From Bacteriovoracia bacterium (GTDB lineage Bacteria; Bdellovibrionota; Bacteriovoracia; Bacteriovoracales; Bacteriovoracaceae): DNA of 64,000 nucleotides. Location of the stretch: NCBI GenBank assembly GCA_046570105.1, contig JBKHVI010000007.1, positions 1 through 64,000 on the forward strand. The letters run 5' to 3'. The position numbers were made by a program, and so were the translations under genes. Below the pieces are notes generated by a model, which was not told the origin of the DNA, did not search any database, and saw only the letters and a list, made by a program, of their open reading frames with translations. Below, piece after piece: positions 60,059 through 64,000 of the stretch (positions within the stretch are counted from its first letter, which is position 1; every line of letters starts with the position of its first letter).

Positions 60059-62097
60059 GTATTAGGTGAGCAGAAGCTGGCAAAATTGCGCTTACTGCCA
60101 TCTTGATACTCGAGGCGGATATTGATCTTGGCATTGGCAGATGTTTCTTCGCCACCTTGGTTTTCAGACATAATAAAGAGGCGACGCGAGTTTTCGCCTA
60201 GCGACTCATAAAATTGACCGTCTTCATCCAGCGCTAATCCATAACTCACATGCGCTTGAGCATGTGACTCCGCTAAAACTTCATACTTCTTCACTGGTCC
60301 ATCAAGATTCACTTGAATGAGGCAAGCCGACGCGTGGCCTTCAAGGTTGAACTTCTTGATTACTTCACGGATTAAACTTTCTGATGGAACTTCAGCCGAA
60401 CCCGACTTATCCACACCCAAGAAGATTTCCTCATTCTGGTGTGTGAGTGTTAAGTAGTGACGTGATCCCAACAAGAGCGGAGGTGCTTTTAGGCGATATG
60501 TGTTTGTGGATAACTTCTCCGCTTTTACACCACTGAAAGTAAACTCAAGTTGTTCGCCGGAGATAGAAAGTTCTTTCTTTGCACGGCTAAGGACATCTTC
60601 TTCAAATAGACTTATAGAAAGATCTCCACGTGACCCGTAGAGGTTTGGATCGAATGTCACTTCTTCCTCATGGATGTGCACAATTCTCTGAGACTTTTTC
60701 CCATCTCCACGCAAGTAAGTCACAAGACGGTTACCTGCTTCCACACCAGCAAACAAAACATAGCGGTAATCAGAATCTTTCGTGACTTTAAAATCAGATG
60801 TGAAGAAAGTTTGCACATTCTTTAATCCATCCACATGAACTGATTCCGTTTCATCGTCTAATTCCACCAACAAGTAACCTAATGGAAGTTGCTTAGGTGC
60901 ACGCGCATACTGACTGAGGAAATCTTTTTCAAATGCGGGGATTTCTAATTCCACTTTTCCACGAACTACAGGAATGTCTGTGTGAGTAGGAACATGATCA
61001 CGCTGAAGAAGAACAAAACTTCTTGATCCATTCTCTGTAGCAATTGTTTCTCTAATCTCGACAACACCTTCACCGCGATCTTGTAATGTTTGTGCGGCAT
61101 CATCCTGTGCGCGCAATTCAAACTGACGAAGTTTAGTGAGAGTATTCGCGACTGATAAACCGGCCACAACAGTGACTGCATCGTGAGTACTCACGAGAGC
61201 ACTTGTTTCAGACTTCTTGTGAGTATTCACTTGAGGCTGAGTAGTCACGTGAGCAATCGATGGAGAATTTTTCTTGGCTTCTTTTAGTGTTGGGATTTTT
61301 GCAACCACTGGTGCGGGCATCGCATAGTTATAGGCAACCAAATCTTCTAGTTCTTCTTTTTCAGATTGAGTAGTCACTTCAGGTGCCACTGGCTTAATCA
61401 TTTCTTTTGGTGGTGAGTACTCATCGACCACCGGAGCTGGGGCAGCAGCGACCACTGCAGCTGGTACTTCATCTTTAGAATTTTCGTATTCAAAGAATTC
61501 TGGTTCAGCATCAACCTCAGCGGCTTTTGCTTGAACAACCTTTACTTCATCAACCACCGGAACAACTGGTGCAATTGGCGCTGCTTTAATTTCTTCTGCC
61601 ACCATTGTTTCTGTAGGCATTTCCACATTATCAAGTAGTGCTACTAGACTTGTGCTCATAAGATCTTGAGCCTCAACCTTCGCAACAATAAATTCATCTT
61701 TAATAGGAAGTTCAACTGCACCCTGAATTTCGCGCCATTCAGACTCATCGTTGATCTGGTGATTAGCCGGTGAGAAGACTTCTTCTATGATGTTGATCTC
61801 TTTATCGACACTCTTAAATTTCACTGTTGGATAACGTTGAGACTTAGGTACAGCCGCTAGACGGCGAACTTGTAATTCGTTTGAATAGTCTGGCAGTTGG
61901 TAGCCATCATAACTACTAACTACAGTTGACTCGACTGATGCTTGTTCAACTGAAGCCGTGTAGAGTGCAGGCTTCAGTGGCCATTCCACAATTCCACGCT
62001 CTGAAGATAGTGAGTGAATGCGCGCGCCGACAGCTACTACTGCAAGTAGCAACATAAGCGAAAAGGTGGTCAACATCCGTGTGACTAATAAGCGCAT
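60037..62097 (-). CDS. Hypothetical exported/anchored protein with acidic low-complexity linker and beta-rich C-terminus
   Basis: 686-aa ORF, N-terminal hydrophobic segment, A/P/E/V-rich linker, Cys pair near the C-terminus. Confidence 0.75.
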   Translation of the reverse strand: MRLLVTRMLTTFSLMLLLAVVAVGARIHSLSSERGIVEWPLKPALYTASVEQASVESTVVSSYDGYQLPDYSNELQVRRLAAVPKSQRYPTVKFKSVDKEINIIEEVFSPANHQINDESEWREIQGAVELPIKDEFIVAKVEAQDLMSTSLVALLDNVEMPTETMVAEEIKAAPIAPVVPVVDEVKVVQAKAAEVDAEPEFFEYENSKDEVPAAVVAAAPAPVVDEYSPPKEMIKPVAPEVTTQSEKEELEDLVAYNYAMPAPVVAKIPTLKEAKKNSPSIAHVTTQPQVNTHKKSETSALVSTHDAVTVVAGLSVANTLTKLRQFELRAQDDAAQTLQDRGEGVVEIRETIATENGSRSFVLLQRDHVPTHTDIPVVRGKVELEIPAFEKDFLSQYARAPKQLPLGYLLVELDDETESVHVDGLKNVQTFFTSDFKVTKDSDYRYVLFAGVEAGNRLVTYLRGDGKKSQRIVHIHEEEVTFDPNLYGSRGDLSISLFEEDVLSRAKKELSISGEQLEFTFSGVKAEKLSTNTYRLKAPPLLLGSRHYLTLTHQNEEIFLGVDKSGSAEVPSESLIREVIKKFNLEGHASACLIQVNLDGPVKKYEVLAESHAQAHVSYGLALDEDGQFYESLGENSRRLFIMSENQGGEETSANAKINIRLEYQDGSKRNFASFCSPNTYLVEQL

Positions 62098-62226
62098 CGT
62101 TTAATTATTTTACGCCTGAAGCCTAAGCGAAGGAATGCAGGCAAGCTCAAAAGCTTCTGATTTTAGGTACTCAACAAACTATTTTGGCTAGTCACGACAA
62201 TGACTACTCACTAAGCGTTGTTGGTC

Positions 62227-62254
62227 CTATCGGGGCAAATTATTTGATTTTTGA
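62227..62254 (-). promoter_or_regulatory. sigma28/FliA-like promoter
   Basis: TCAAA-N16-CCGATAG on the minus strand. Confidence 0.6.
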
Positions 62255-62310
62255 ATTTAACGTCGACTTCGGCTCCTGCCTCTCGTCGACATACCGGTCA
62301 TCGTGACCAT

Positions 62311-62337
62311 AAAGAAGGGGCAGCCGAAGCTGCCCCT
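62311..62337 (-). terminator. Intrinsic terminator of the atp operon
   Basis: AGGGGCAGC-ttcg-GCTGCCCCT followed by TCTTT just after the atpC stop. Confidence 0.85.
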
Positions 62338-62346
62338 GTAGGACCA

Positions 62347-62760
62347 TTACTTGAGATTCGCAGCTCTCAAGCGCAATTCAGCGCGCTCAAGCTTACGACG
62401 GAACTTGATCAAATCAACGTCTGTGAGGCTCGTTTCGCCTGCAAGACGTGAAGTGGCCTTGGCCTTAGCATTCTTCGCTCTTTCCTGATCAATGTCTTGT
62501 GGGCGTTCTGAGGTGAACGAGAGAACAGTGACTGCTCCCTCCATAACACGACAAAGACCTGCAGTTACGGTGAAATGACGAGTTGAACCGTCAGTTGTTT
62601 TCGCCGTAAGGATGCCCGTACCCAACTCAGTCAAAATATGAGTGTGATCCGGAAGAATATTGATCTCACCACGAACAGTGGGAACTGTTATATCAGTGCA
62701 ATCGAGGCCCTTAATAACAGTCCCTTTCGGGGTGAACAGGTTAAGCTTAAACGCCGCCAT
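62347..62760 (-). CDS. atpC: ATP synthase F1 epsilon subunit
   Basis: TP, P..GEINILPDH, C-terminal helices; follows atpD. Confidence 0.92.
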   Translation of the reverse strand: MAAFKLNLFTPKGTVIKGLDCTDITVPTVRGEINILPDHTHILTELGTGILTAKTTDGSTRHFTVTAGLCRVMEGAVTVLSFTSERPQDIDQERAKNAKAKATSRLAGETSLTDVDLIKFRRKLERAELRLRAANLK

Positions 62761-62762
62761 GA

Positions 62763-64000
<1,238 letters not shown>

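Overview
This is a gene-dense bacterial chromosomal segment, roughly 42-43% GC by eye. Its gene content and many uncharacterised exported and outer-membrane proteins suggest a predatory Bdellovibrionota (Bacteriovoracales-like); that taxonomy is inference. Core genes recognised: icmF (partial), lspA, an lgt-family gene, an NtrC/CHASE2 two-component pair, amgK/murU-like, a deoxynucleoside kinase, folK, acyl-CoA dehydrogenase-etfB-etfA, a Lys-C-like protease, mrp/apbC, two lytic transglycosylases, ychF-pth-prs-tRNA-Gln, priA, galU, an LptF/G permease, def-fmt-rpe-hutH-hutU-hutI, glpK, radA, ligA, an AGCS symporter, patatin, atpC and atpD (partial). I saw no mobile element, prophage, CRISPR array or rRNA. 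The most notable observations are: (1) several apparent pseudoenzymes, namely an HtpX-like and a signal-peptidase-I-like protein without catalytic residues bracketing a CHASE2-HK/NtrC/lspA/lgt cluster, an M48-like lipoprotein lacking HExxH next to LysM-amgK-murU, and an archaeal-type endonuclease IV with its last catalytic Glu replaced by Asn; (2) five sigma28/FliA-like promoters, all in front of unknown-function genes, including a secreted protein with a charge-free, prion-like Q/G/W tail; (3) a sigma54 promoter with an upstream inverted repeat; (4) a small CGxKG lipoprotein missing from the ORF track; (5) several candidate leaderless genes. All family calls come from motif recognition by eye, with no database search.
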